Below are positions 9,773 through 19,290 of a stretch of DNA of 64,000 nucleotides, piece by piece; position 1 is the first letter of the stretch; the number at the start of each line of letters is the position of its first letter. The notes under the pieces were generated by a model, which saw nothing but the letters and a program-made list of their open reading frames with translations, was not told the DNA's origin and made no database searches. The position numbers were made by a program, and so were the translations under genes. The DNA comes from Patescibacteria group bacterium (GTDB lineage: Bacteria > Patescibacteriota > Patescibacteriia > UBA10025 > JAHIVO01), in NCBI GenBank assembly GCA_041650915.1, contig JBAZKE010000003.1, positions 21,226 through 85,225 on the forward strand, given 5' to 3'.

Positions 9773-10729
9773 TCAATTTTTTTTCAGTTCGTCGTACAGG
9801 ACGAGGATCGTCCAGAACGGCAGAAGAGAGACGTACGGTATGAATTCCGCTACGGCTCCGATCGCATACCGGCGCACTTTTTTTACCATTTTGCCGCGAA
9901 CGCCCGACCCGCGGTAGACGAGTATGACGGTGAGCGCCGATGTTATGGCGATGTTGAGCAGTGCGGCGGTTAATCCGACGTCGAAGTACTGGGTTATGAT
10001 GTCGTATGTGTCTTTTGAGAGTGTGAGGCCGATCGTGAGCATGAAGAGCGGCTGAATGAGAGTTCTTGCGATAGCGCCGACGTTCATGAGTTTTGCGGCA
10101 ACCTTTGCCGCGCTCTGGAGCTTCTTTTTTGCATTGAGAGCTTTTTGTGTAGCTGCTGCCGCTTTTTCGCCTCCGATTTTTCGTGCCGCCTTGGTGAGCT
10201 TTGAAGTATCGCCTGCCCCCGGCTCTCCTTCCTGCTGCTGAGTTTCTTCGCCCTTGCCCCGCTCGGTCATATTTTCGGGAAGCGTTTGCCCTTGCCTTCT
10301 TTCATTGTTCAGTGCACGTTTTGTTGCAGGTTCGTCTTTCGGCGAGACGCTGAGGTTTTCACGGATACGATCCCTGAGCGTTTCCCGTTTTTCCTCCGGA
10401 GCTCCGGCCGCTGCCTGCTGGGCTGCCGCTGCCAGCTCGTCGGTATCGCCGCGAATGCCTTCCCCGAGCCCGCTTTCCGGGCGGTCCGCAGCTTTTTTGC
10501 CAGTTTCTTCGTCACGGTAGGACTGCAACCCTGCTTCAAGAGCGCCGCGTACCGTGCGATTTTTCGTTTCGCCGTGTGGCACCGATTTTGATTTTGCCGC
10601 CGATCCCACCATGGCCGCAACCCCGTCCTCTGCCGGTACTGAGAGGTTCGTGCCGGCCGCCTGTGCAGCTATTTGGCCCTTGGCGAGGGCTGTGTGAATT
10701 GTATGCGGATCAGAATAAAAATTTGCCAT
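9773..10729 (-). CDS. Hypothetical protein, disordered N-terminus and C-terminal transmembrane segments
   Basis: ATG at 10729 (MANFYSDP), 7 bp after the upstream stop; hydrophobic C-terminus ending AEFIPYVSLLPFWTILVLY. Confidence 0.7.
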   Translation of the reverse strand: MANFYSDPHTIHTALAKGQIAAQAAGTNLSVPAEDGVAAMVGSAAKSKSVPHGETKNRTVRGALEAGLQSYRDEETGKKAADRPESGLGEGIRGDTDELAAAAQQAAAGAPEEKRETLRDRIRENLSVSPKDEPATKRALNNERRQGQTLPENMTERGKGEETQQQEGEPGAGDTSKLTKAARKIGGEKAAAATQKALNAKKKLQSAAKVAAKLMNVGAIARTLIQPLFMLTIGLTLSKDTYDIITQYFDVGLTAALLNIAITSALTVILVYRGSGVRGKMVKKVRRYAIGAVAEFIPYVSLLPFWTILVLYDELKKN

Positions 10730-10736
10730 AGGTTTT

Positions 10737-11081
10737 TTAGCCCATTTGCTTCGTGAATTCGTCAGCATTAATGCCGATCTCTACTACCGTTTTGTGCAGG
10801 TTATCTTCTTGGGAAGCCCGCTCGCTGAGCAGTTGCCGCTTGCGTTTGCTATTCATTTCCAGTACGATCGCATCGCTGATTTTTTTTACCGTATCGGCGG
10901 TCTGCAGTGACATTGTTTCTACGAGCTCGTCGAAAGCGCCGATACCGTCTTCGGGCCGGGCGCTTCTTTCGAGCGCACTGATAAAGGCATCCATTTTTTG
11001 GAGGACGTTCCCATCGTACTGCCCGTTAGTACTGCTGAGATATGTCTGTATTTTGTCGTTCAGTATCGTTTTTAAATCCAT
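10737..11081 (-). CDS. Hypothetical protein (114 aa, helical)
   Basis: ORF directly downstream of a consensus-like minus-strand promoter and co-oriented with the next gene. Confidence 0.65.
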   Translation of the reverse strand: MDLKTILNDKIQTYLSSTNGQYDGNVLQKMDAFISALERSARPEDGIGAFDELVETMSLQTADTVKKISDAIVLEMNSKRKRQLLSERASQEDNLHKTVVEIGINADEFTKQMG

Positions 11082-11171
11082 ATCAATCGCCGTGAAAATA
11101 AGAAAAGTACTGATGTGCTGAAGCGCAGAATTATTTCGGCATGCGCGGTTATAGAATGCTTTACTATTATG

Positions 11172-11200
11172 ATTGTACCATTTTTTTCGATAAAAATCAA
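11172..11200 (-). promoter_or_regulatory. Sigma70-type promoter (leftward)
   Basis: Minus strand reads TTGATT-17 bp-TACAAT with a TG extended -10 motif. Confidence 0.65.
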
Positions 11201-11234
11201 GTTTGGCAGTTGAAAAAAGTTTTTTTGAAATGGT

Positions 11235-11263
11235 TTGATTTTATGTTAAAATTGTGCTATAAT
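11235..11263 (+). promoter_or_regulatory. Sigma70-type promoter for the PrgI/VirB4 operon
   Basis: TTGATT-17 bp-TATAAT with TGn extended -10, in an AT-rich intergenic region. Confidence 0.75.
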
Positions 11264-11346
11264 GAAGGCGCTTAATCATCTGCTAATATTGCGATTATTT
11301 TTATCGCTAAAGCCTAAAATAGTTTTTGGATTTTTTACAGGTATGT

Positions 11347-12789
11347 ATGAGTGACGATACAACATCGGACAACAGTTTACCTGAAGGCTTCTTGTTAAAA
11401 GACAAGGCCGGAAAGCTTAAAAAAGTCCTGGACGGGCAGCTGGTTGATTTTCAGGTAGCGCCGCGGGAGGAACAGCCCGCGCCTCAATCCAGCGTGCCCC
11501 CTGTTCCGCCGCATCCGGCATCAACCGCGAGTCTGCCCGCCGGTTTTTCCAGAGAGCCCCGTGCAGTATCGCAAACTATTCCGGCAGAACCGAAAGTTGA
11601 AAGCCGGTTGCCAAGGCCGGCGCTGGCACCGAGCGCGCCAATTTCTTCCTCAAGCAAGGCGCCTTTCCTGATCGAGCCGGAAGACGAGGAGGAGATCAAG
11701 CGGCACGTCAAAGGTTTGGAGCGGATGGCCCCTCGCGAAGAAAAGCCAGCCGGTTCATCTGCCCAGGCAATTATTGATGAGATTCAGCGCGAGTGTGGCA
11801 TCTCTTTTGCAAGCGAAGTGATGAGCACGCGTTTTAAGAAGGTAGTCGAGTCGAGGCTTCGGGAGCTGCGTACCGCCATTGAAGCCCGGGAAGTTTTGAT
11901 GAGGCCGTCCAAGGTCGGAGGCCTCGAGCTCCCTGCTGAAAAAGCTGATGCGGTCGTCAGTGCCGTTAACCAAAAAATCGGCAGGGGGCGCCCGGAGGGC
12001 GGAACCACACAGCACGATGCGATGCTCGGCATGGCTGGGCAATTGTTGGAACAGCCGCAGCAACAGGCTGAGGATCAACGCACAGTGCCGTCCTCTGCTG
12101 CTGGCACCATGGTCCAAGCACCTCCTCCATTCATTCCGCTGCCAAAGCGTGCACCCGAACCGATAGAAAAAATCGAGCCGCAGCCCGCGCCTCCATTGAG
12201 CACGGGGATGGTACAGTTCACGCCTCAGGAGCCGACTGCCACCCCTCAACCTGCGCCCGCCCAAGAGCAGCCCCGGCCGCAGAACATTCCAACGGAGGTA
12301 GCGCCGTCTCCACGGGGTGTAGATGAAGCCGTGCGTGCACCCCGCAGCGTATCTGCAGCAACAGCGAAGCTGTACCGGGAACCTTCGGACGGGATGCCCC
12401 GCAGGGTGCCGATAGCAGATGAAGATGACCGTCCTAAGCTCGTCGATATTAAGGAACTGCGCAAAGTCATCGGGCCCGTGGAAGAGCTCGGGGAGATCGA
12501 CCTCAAAGAATTCCGGCGGCTCGGAACGAACCCCGAGGAAGCTGCCGCGAAAATTGCCGAAAAAATCGATCTGCTCGAGGAAGAATCGTGGCAGCAGCGG
12601 TCTGAGGGCATCAGCGCATGGAAGCAGTCGCCGCTTTTCCTGCGGTACGTATCGCTCGGGCAGGAGAGCCTCACGGGCGGTATCACTCTCGATGAGGTGA
12701 TCCAGAAGCACGTCGCAGGCGGCGGCCTCAACCTGCAGAAAGAAGAATTTATTGCCATTAATGAGCTTAATAGTAGGCTCGGGACATAG
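11347..12789 (+). CDS. Pro-rich hypothetical protein, first gene of the T4SS-like operon
   Basis: ATG at 11347; two folded-looking blocks (RFKKVVESRLRELR...GGL and GPVEELGEIDLKEFRRL) separated by Pro/Gln-rich linkers. Confidence 0.8.
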   Translation: MSDDTTSDNSLPEGFLLKDKAGKLKKVLDGQLVDFQVAPREEQPAPQSSVPPVPPHPASTASLPAGFSREPRAVSQTIPAEPKVESRLPRPALAPSAPISSSSKAPFLIEPEDEEEIKRHVKGLERMAPREEKPAGSSAQAIIDEIQRECGISFASEVMSTRFKKVVESRLRELRTAIEAREVLMRPSKVGGLELPAEKADAVVSAVNQKIGRGRPEGGTTQHDAMLGMAGQLLEQPQQQAEDQRTVPSSAAGTMVQAPPPFIPLPKRAPEPIEKIEPQPAPPLSTGMVQFTPQEPTATPQPAPAQEQPRPQNIPTEVAPSPRGVDEAVRAPRSVSAATAKLYREPSDGMPRRVPIADEDDRPKLVDIKELRKVIGPVEELGEIDLKEFRRLGTNPEEAAAKIAEKIDLLEEESWQQRSEGISAWKQSPLFLRYVSLGQESLTGGITLDEVIQKHVAGGGLNLQKEEFIAINELNSRLGT

Positions 12790-12794
12790 CACGT

Positions 12795-13220
12795 ATGCAG
12801 CAGTTCGTAGTGCCACAGTTCCTCGACGTCGAGAGTAAAATTATCGGTCCGCTGACCGTGCGCCAGTTTGTGACGTTTCTCATCGGCGCCGGGATGATTT
12901 TTCTCGTCTTTAAGCTGGCGAGCTTTTGGGTCGCCGCTATTGAAGGGCTGTTGATTTTTGCGCTGACCGGCATGTTTGCTTTCTTAAAAATTAACGGTCG
13001 CCCGTTCCACTTTTTTCTGCTGAACATGATGCAGACGCTCCGGCGGCCGACACTCAAAGTATGGAATAAAGCGTATGTAGGTCAGCGCATCAAGGAAGAA
13101 AAGCCCGAGGCGTTGCCTCCCCAGGTACCAAAGAAGCGCCTCACCGTTTCCCGGCTCAATGAACTGTCGCTCGTCGTTGATACCGGCGGCGCATACCAAG
13201 AAGAAATCGATGAGGGATAA
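12795..13220 (+). CDS. PrgI family (VirB3-like) membrane protein
   Basis: MQQFVVPQFLDVESKIIGPLTVRQF, two TM helices and KINGRPF match the PrgI pattern; directly precedes the VirB4 genes. Confidence 0.85.
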   Translation: MQQFVVPQFLDVESKIIGPLTVRQFVTFLIGAGMIFLVFKLASFWVAAIEGLLIFALTGMFAFLKINGRPFHFFLLNMMQTLRRPTLKVWNKAYVGQRIKEEKPEALPPQVPKKRLTVSRLNELSLVVDTGGAYQEEIDEG

Positions 13221-13237
13221 TATTCCCTGTAGCACGT

Positions 13238-13924
13238 ATGGCTGAGAAAAAAGAAACCATCGCAAAAAAAGCGTCAGTAATCTCAACACAGCAGTACCTC
13301 GATATTCTCGAAGTACGCGACGATGCGATTATTCTCCGTGACGGCACCTTGCGCGGGATTATTCTCGTTTCCTCGATCAACTTTGCGCTCAAGTCAGAGG
13401 ATGAACAGAATGCCGTTATCAGCGGGTACGTCCAGTTTTTAAATTCACTCGACTTTCCACTCCAGATACTCATACAATCACGCAAGCTCAACATTGACGA
13501 GTATCTCGATCGCCTCAAGCTGATTGAGAAAGAGCAAACGAACGAGCTGCTGAAAACGCAAACGCGCGAGTACCGGCAGTACATCGCAGAGCTTGTCCAG
13601 CTGGCAGATATCATGACGAAACGTTTCTTTCTCGTGGTGCCGTACTCTGTCGGCTCGATCAAGTCGAAGGGTTTCCTTGCCCGTATGCGCGAGGCGCTCT
13701 CACCCTCGACGGTGATCACCATCAAGCAGAAGAAGTTTGAGAAGCACCGGACAGAGCTTTGGAAGCGCATGGAATACGTGATTGACGGGCTCAGTTCGTT
13801 CGGGCTCAACGGCAAGGCGCTCGATACGCAGGGGCTTATCGAAGTGTTCTATAATACCTACAATCCGGATACGTACGACCAGCAGGAGCTCGTTGACGTC
13901 GGTAAATTAAACCTTGAGCAGTAA
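13238..13924 (+). CDS. VirB4/TraC N-terminal-domain-like protein
   Basis: STQQYLDI...VSSINFALKSEDEQ...FLNSLDFPLQILIQSR, located between prgI and the VirB4 ATPase. Confidence 0.75.
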   Translation: MAEKKETIAKKASVISTQQYLDILEVRDDAIILRDGTLRGIILVSSINFALKSEDEQNAVISGYVQFLNSLDFPLQILIQSRKLNIDEYLDRLKLIEKEQTNELLKTQTREYRQYIAELVQLADIMTKRFFLVVPYSVGSIKSKGFLARMREALSPSTVITIKQKKFEKHRTELWKRMEYVIDGLSSFGLNGKALDTQGLIEVFYNTYNPDTYDQQELVDVGKLNLEQ

Positions 13925-13926
13925 CC

Positions 13927-15807
13927 ATGGTAGAGTTATTTAGAAAAACTAAGTCGCTGCCGACTGAAACCCAGCCGCAGCTCACGAGGGAGGAGCAGGA
14001 ACAGCTCGCCCGTGAGCAGCTCGAAGAGAAGAAGACGATTCTCGAATCAGAGAAGGTATACCGCCGTGGAGTCGTAACGGTCAGGGACCTCATCGCCCCC
14101 GCCGCGATGAAGATCGAATCCCGTTTCCTCGAGCTGGGGTCGAAATTCGTCCGCACGATTTTCGTAGTCGCGTATCCGCGCTACATTCGAGTCGGCTGGT
14201 TCGCGCCGATAATCAACCTCAACGTACCGCTCGATATCTCGATGTTTTTCTATCCGGTCGGCTCAGAAATAATCTTGAAGCAACTTCGGAACAAGACCGG
14301 CGCGCTCGAGGCGCAGATACTCGCCGATGCCGAGAAGGGCGCGCCCCGCGATCCGATCCGGGAAACGGCGCTCCGTGATATTGAGAAGCTGCGCGACGAC
14401 CTGACGCAAGGCATTGAGCGGTTCTTCCAGTTTGCGCTCTATGTGACTATCTACGCTGACGACAAGGAGAGCCTCGATAAGATCAGCGAAAAGGTTGAGT
14501 CTCTATTCGGTTCGCGGCTCGTGTATACGAAGCGCGTCTTTTACCAAGCAGAGCAGGGCTTTAACTCGACGTTGCCGCTCGCGAACGATGAGCTCGGCAT
14601 CGGCTTCAATATGAGCTCTTCACCGTGCGCTTCTTCATTCCCGTTCATCTCGTCTGAGCTGACTTCGGATGACGGCATACTGTACGGCATCAACCGGCAC
14701 AACAATAGCCTGATCCTCTTCGATCGTTTTTCGCTGCAGAATGCGAACGCAGTTGTTTTTGCAACATCCGGCGCCGGCAAGAGCTACGCCGTGAAGCTCG
14801 AAATTCTCAGGAGCATGATGCTCGGCACCGACGTGATCGTCATCGATCCCGAAATGGAGTATAAGTACCTCTCGGATGCTGTCGGCGGAACCTATATAAG
14901 CATTTCGTTGAGTTCGGAGAGCAACATCAACCTTTTCGACCTTCCCCGCCCGACCAGAAAGGATGAGAAGACGAGCGATATCATACGGTCGGCGGTCATC
15001 ACCATCAAAGGCCAGCTGAGGCTTATGCTCGGCGAGTTTACGCACGAAGAGGACTCGGTCATCGACCGCGCGCTCATCGAAACGTACGCAAAAAAAGATA
15101 TTACCGCCGATGCGGACCTCGCACACGCCGAGCCGCCGCTCCTGTCGGACTTCCAGGAAGTGCTCGAGGGCATGGTAGGCGCTGAGCAGCTTGTGACGCG
15201 CCTCAAGAAGTACACCGAAGGAACGTTCGCCGGCCTTCTCAACAATCCGACCAACGTCGAGCTCTCCAACCAGCTCGTCGTATTCTCGGTGCGGGACCTC
15301 GAGGACGAGCTGAAGCCGATCGGCATCTCGCTCATCGTGTCCTACGTGTGGAATACGGTACGCTCCGAGCTTAAGAAGCGCATCATGGTCATCGATGAGG
15401 CGTGGTGGCTCATGCAGCAGGAGGAGTCCGCTAAGTTTATTTACGCGCTCGTCAAGCGGTGCCGCAAGTACTACCTCGGCGTAACGACGATCACGCAGGA
15501 CGTCAACGATTTCCTGCAATCCCCCTACGGCCAGGCGATCGTCACCAACTCGGCGATCCAGCTCCTCATGAAGCAGTCCGAAGCTGCCATTGATCTGATT
15601 GTCAAGACGTTCCTCCTCACCGAAGGGGAGAAGTACCTTTTGCTCGAGTGCGGCGTCGGCGAGGGAATATTTTTCGCCGGCTCAAAGCACGCAGCCATAA
15701 AAATTGTCGCATCGTATACCGAAGACCAGATTATCACCTCTGACCCGCGCCAGCTGCTGGAAATCGAGGCGGCAAAAAAAGAATTTAATGAGGCAGTCGA
15801 GGAGTAG
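13927..15807 (+). CDS. virB4: VirB4-like type IV secretion/conjugation ATPase
   Basis: Walker A ATSGAGKS, VIVIDPEMEY, Walker B IMVIDEAW, RKY and ITQDV motifs. Confidence 0.9.
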   Translation: MVELFRKTKSLPTETQPQLTREEQEQLAREQLEEKKTILESEKVYRRGVVTVRDLIAPAAMKIESRFLELGSKFVRTIFVVAYPRYIRVGWFAPIINLNVPLDISMFFYPVGSEIILKQLRNKTGALEAQILADAEKGAPRDPIRETALRDIEKLRDDLTQGIERFFQFALYVTIYADDKESLDKISEKVESLFGSRLVYTKRVFYQAEQGFNSTLPLANDELGIGFNMSSSPCASSFPFISSELTSDDGILYGINRHNNSLILFDRFSLQNANAVVFATSGAGKSYAVKLEILRSMMLGTDVIVIDPEMEYKYLSDAVGGTYISISLSSESNINLFDLPRPTRKDEKTSDIIRSAVITIKGQLRLMLGEFTHEEDSVIDRALIETYAKKDITADADLAHAEPPLLSDFQEVLEGMVGAEQLVTRLKKYTEGTFAGLLNNPTNVELSNQLVVFSVRDLEDELKPIGISLIVSYVWNTVRSELKKRIMVIDEAWWLMQQEESAKFIYALVKRCRKYYLGVTTITQDVNDFLQSPYGQAIVTNSAIQLLMKQSEAAIDLIVKTFLLTEGEKYLLLECGVGEGIFFAGSKHAAIKIVASYTEDQIITSDPRQLLEIEAAKKEFNEAVEE

Positions 15808-15862
15808 CGGCATTTGCGCAAGGCGCCCCCGATGGCATACAATATACTAATATAACGCTCGT

Positions 15863-16468
15863 ATGGAACAGCAAAAAAAGAAGGCAATCTATATATGGGT
15901 AATGGTCGGAATCGTGGTAATTCTGATTGGCGTTGTCATGTGGATCCAATTTTTCCGCGAAGCGCCGGTTGACACAGTCCCCGCCGTTAACCAGCCGACG
16001 AATACCATTGCCGCCAATGTTACCGTCGTGAACGCAACCGAAGAGCCTGCCCCTGCCGATGAGGAGATCGACGCCGTGGAGACAGAGGAGCTGACCGTCA
16101 CGAGGCTCGCGATCCTCTTCGCGGAGCGGTTCGGAAGCTACTCGACCGACGCTGCGTATGAGAATATATCCAACCTTAAGGGGTACATGACGGCGTCGAT
16201 GCAAAATTGGGCTGACCAGTACGTCGCCGACCAGCGCGAGCTGGAAGCGGATTCGTATTTCGCGATCGTGACAAAAGCGCGGTCGACGAAGGTGGTTTCC
16301 CTCAGTGACGATGCGGCTTCCGTCGCAGTGACGGCGCAGCGTACTCCAGATGAGCTGAGCGGGCTGAACAGCCCGTTCATCCAGACGATAGTTATTGGCC
16401 TGTCACACGACGGAGAAGCGTGGCTCGTAGAGAGCGCCGTATGGCAGGACCAGGATCTCGGAGAGTAA
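15863..16468 (+). CDS. Single-pass membrane protein, possibly VirB8/TcpC-like (NTF2 fold)
   Basis: N-terminal TM, linker, then FAERFGSYS helix followed by beta strands ending WLVESA; sits directly after virB4. Confidence 0.6.
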   Translation: MEQQKKKAIYIWVMVGIVVILIGVVMWIQFFREAPVDTVPAVNQPTNTIAANVTVVNATEEPAPADEEIDAVETEELTVTRLAILFAERFGSYSTDAAYENISNLKGYMTASMQNWADQYVADQRELEADSYFAIVTKARSTKVVSLSDDAASVAVTAQRTPDELSGLNSPFIQTIVIGLSHDGEAWLVESAVWQDQDLGE

Positions 16469-16506
16469 GAAAACATCCGGCATTATTTTTTATTGCATAC
16501 CGAACC

Positions 16507-17934
16507 ATGGCACGACAGAAGAACATACTACTATTCGGCGCGCTGCTGGCAGTGATGGCCTGCAGCCTCATACTCGCCTCGCTGCCGCTGCAGGCAGCCG
16601 CCCAAGAGGGCGAGGAGGCGGCTGCTGATGAGTGCGCGTTTGACTGCAATGGGGATTCTGACAGCTACGTCCGGCTCAACATCGTGATCCCCGGCGTCGC
16701 TCCGATGACGCCGTGCGGCTTTCCCGCGGTGAAGAATATGCAGTGCTTCATACGGGGGATGTACATCTACTTCGCGTGGACCGCGGGCATCCTCGCGACG
16801 GCCATGATCATGTTCGGCGGCTTCAAGTATGTCGTTTCGTTCGGCAGCCCGACGAAGGTCGCCGATGCAAAGGATACCATCATCTCAGCCATGATCGGCC
16901 TTGCGCTCCTCCTCGCGTCGTATACGATCCTGTACTTTATCAATCCGAACATCGTTAACCTCAAGGACCTTGATCTGCAGAGCATCGGCGCGCTCAAAGA
17001 GGGCGTTATCTGGTGTGAAGATATCGCGCCGGGTGGGGCACAAGAGCAGTTGCTCGATCCGCAGCTTGATCCGATGGATGCAAATAACCGTCCACGTCCC
17101 ATAGATCTCGGTGAAACGTGGGATACTTCGCAATTGAAGTGCGGGGTTGAGGGATTGATGGTATATACGGACGGCCATGAGCAGCCTTGCGTATACCAGG
17201 GAGCATATAGCGGTGCAGGTTGTCCAGACCAGAATGGATCACAGACAGTGTGTGCGCCTGATTACCTGACCGGCGAAGGGTTTAAGTGCGTGGAGCCCGA
17301 ACGGTACTGCACATTCGCGTTTGCCGGCACGTGCGAGCGGGTTGATGAGGTTTTTCAAACGCAGCCGCAATTTGGGGCGGGCTTATGCGAGGCGAGCAGG
17401 GACGGATCGGGCTGCATTTACCGTGATTCGGATGTGCTCAGTTGTGAGGAAGCGCAGCATGAGAATTACTACCAGGTGTACTGCGATACGGGGAATAACC
17501 TGCAGCGGGGCACCGGGCAGAATACGGACTGCTGGGGCATCGGAGATCCAACGGAACCCGAATACCGCAACGAGCCGGATGAGTCGAGCGTATGGAACGG
17601 CCACACGAGGAAGTGCGTCGACCGGCGGACCGGCGGGTACGACTGGGCGATCTGCTGCCTCGAGCTGTCCAATACCAGCGGGGGTATAGAGTGTCGAAAT
17701 GAGTGCAACAGCGATGAGATCATGGTCGCGAACTGCATCCTGCCGGAACATATCGAAACTCCCGTTATTGAAGACCAGGGTTTGCTCGATGCCTGGGTCA
17801 GAACCATCAGGAATGCAGAAACCGGCAGGATTATTACCGGATGCACGGATGCCCAGCTCAGCCAGAATATGGTGTGCTGCATGGAGATGGAATTTGAATA
17901 TGTAACCAAGCAGGATCCCGAACAGCCCCGATAA
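16507..17934 (+). CDS. TrbC/VirB2-like pilin domain fused to a Cys-rich extracellular domain
   Basis: Signal-like N-terminus; GILATAMIMFGGFKYVVSFGSPTKVADAKDTIISAMIGLALLLASYTILYFINP is a CPR VirB2-like pilin pattern; about 290-aa Cys-rich tail. Confidence 0.75.
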   Translation: MARQKNILLFGALLAVMACSLILASLPLQAAAQEGEEAAADECAFDCNGDSDSYVRLNIVIPGVAPMTPCGFPAVKNMQCFIRGMYIYFAWTAGILATAMIMFGGFKYVVSFGSPTKVADAKDTIISAMIGLALLLASYTILYFINPNIVNLKDLDLQSIGALKEGVIWCEDIAPGGAQEQLLDPQLDPMDANNRPRPIDLGETWDTSQLKCGVEGLMVYTDGHEQPCVYQGAYSGAGCPDQNGSQTVCAPDYLTGEGFKCVEPERYCTFAFAGTCERVDEVFQTQPQFGAGLCEASRDGSGCIYRDSDVLSCEEAQHENYYQVYCDTGNNLQRGTGQNTDCWGIGDPTEPEYRNEPDESSVWNGHTRKCVDRRTGGYDWAICCLELSNTSGGIECRNECNSDEIMVANCILPEHIETPVIEDQGLLDAWVRTIRNAETGRIITGCTDAQLSQNMVCCMEMEFEYVTKQDPEQPR

Positions 17935-17957
17935 TACATTACCAATCGCATTGAGCT

Positions 17958-19223
17958 ATGAATCCTAAGCGTATACTTCTCATCGTTTTATTCGTCATCC
18001 TCGTTCTTGCTTTCGGGGCATTCATTTATTTCGTGCTCATACGGGACATCGGCAAGCCGCTCAACATCGGGAACCAGAACGTAAATGGGGCGGCCAATAC
18101 GAATTCATCCCTGCCGGTCATCAACGGCGCGGAAAACGTAAATCAGTATGTGCCGGTGAATGAGAATACGAACGTCCCAACCATCAACACAACGCCGTCC
18201 GTAAACCGCGCGCAGTTTGATCCCGTCGCCGCAGGGGGAGAAACGCAGGCTTCGGTTATTGTCAGTGACCCGTCGCAAGCTGCCGCCCCGGCGGTGGATG
18301 GCAACGGGCTGCGGTACTACGATGCCGATGAGGGCAAGTTTTATACAATTGATAAGGACGGCAATGCCGCGGCACTCTCGGAGCAGACTTTTCCCGAAGC
18401 CCGGGAAATTGAATGGTCGCCGACGAGCAACCAGGCCGTCATCGGATTCCCCGATAATACGAATATTTTATACAATTTCGATACCGGCGTTCAGGTGACG
18501 CTCCCGAAAGAATGGGAGGACATCGAATTTTCAACTACCGGCGATCAGATAGGATTTCTCAACCTGACGGATGACGAACGTGCGCGTTGGCTCGCGACAG
18601 CGAATCCGGACGGCTCTGATGCGCAGCTGCTTGAGCCGCTCGGGGATAACGCGGATGACGTCGATGTGAACTGGTCCCCTTCGGGCCAGGTCGTGGCGCT
18701 TTTCCGTGAATCGTACAACGCTGACGGGCAGGAGGCATTCCTCATCGGGCTGCACGGTGAAAATTTTAAGTCCATCATCACTGACGGACGGGGCTTTGAG
18801 GGGCTCTGGTCCCCTGACGGCAGCAGGCTCCTGTACAATGTTTTCAACGCCGATTCGCGCTACAATCCGGTACTGCACCTCGTTGATGCATCGGGCGATC
18901 TGGTCGGCGCCAATGACGTTAATTTGGAATTGCAGACGTGGGTCAGCAGGTGCGCTTTTTCGAAACTCCATACCTTTGCATATTGCGCCGTGCCCCAGTA
19001 CCTGCCGACCGGGAGCGGATTGTTTCCCGATGCCGCCGGTACGACGAACGACAGCATCTACCGCATCGATACCCGGAACGGATCAAAGACGATTATCGCC
19101 ATGCCCCGCTTTTCCGAAAACGACCAGTATACCGTTGAATCACTCTTTCTCTCAAGCGATGAAGCGACTCTGTACTACGTTGACGGTGAGCAGAGCAAGG
19201 TATTCAGCATTGCGCTGCAGTAG
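17958..19223 (+). CDS. Membrane-anchored TolB/WD40-like beta-propeller protein
   Basis: N-terminal TM, Asn-rich stalk, repeated WSP.G/FS..G blade motifs. Confidence 0.75.
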   Translation: MNPKRILLIVLFVILVLAFGAFIYFVLIRDIGKPLNIGNQNVNGAANTNSSLPVINGAENVNQYVPVNENTNVPTINTTPSVNRAQFDPVAAGGETQASVIVSDPSQAAAPAVDGNGLRYYDADEGKFYTIDKDGNAAALSEQTFPEAREIEWSPTSNQAVIGFPDNTNILYNFDTGVQVTLPKEWEDIEFSTTGDQIGFLNLTDDERARWLATANPDGSDAQLLEPLGDNADDVDVNWSPSGQVVALFRESYNADGQEAFLIGLHGENFKSIITDGRGFEGLWSPDGSRLLYNVFNADSRYNPVLHLVDASGDLVGANDVNLELQTWVSRCAFSKLHTFAYCAVPQYLPTGSGLFPDAAGTTNDSIYRIDTRNGSKTIIAMPRFSENDQYTVESLFLSSDEATLYYVDGEQSKVFSIALQ

Positions 19224-19290
19224 CACACCGGCGTATGCATTCTGATCCGTACGTATGCCCTGTGCACTTTTTGGATACCGGTAATGAGCT

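Noticed and set aside
14752-14784. Inactive VirB4 because Walker A begins with Ala (ATSGAGKS)
   Set aside because: [AG]xxxxGK[ST] is within the P-loop consensus and the Walker B motif is intact.
4657-19223. Integrative conjugative element or prophage
   Set aside because: No integrase, relaxase, att pair or phage structural genes are visible, and the cluster is contiguous with housekeeping genes.
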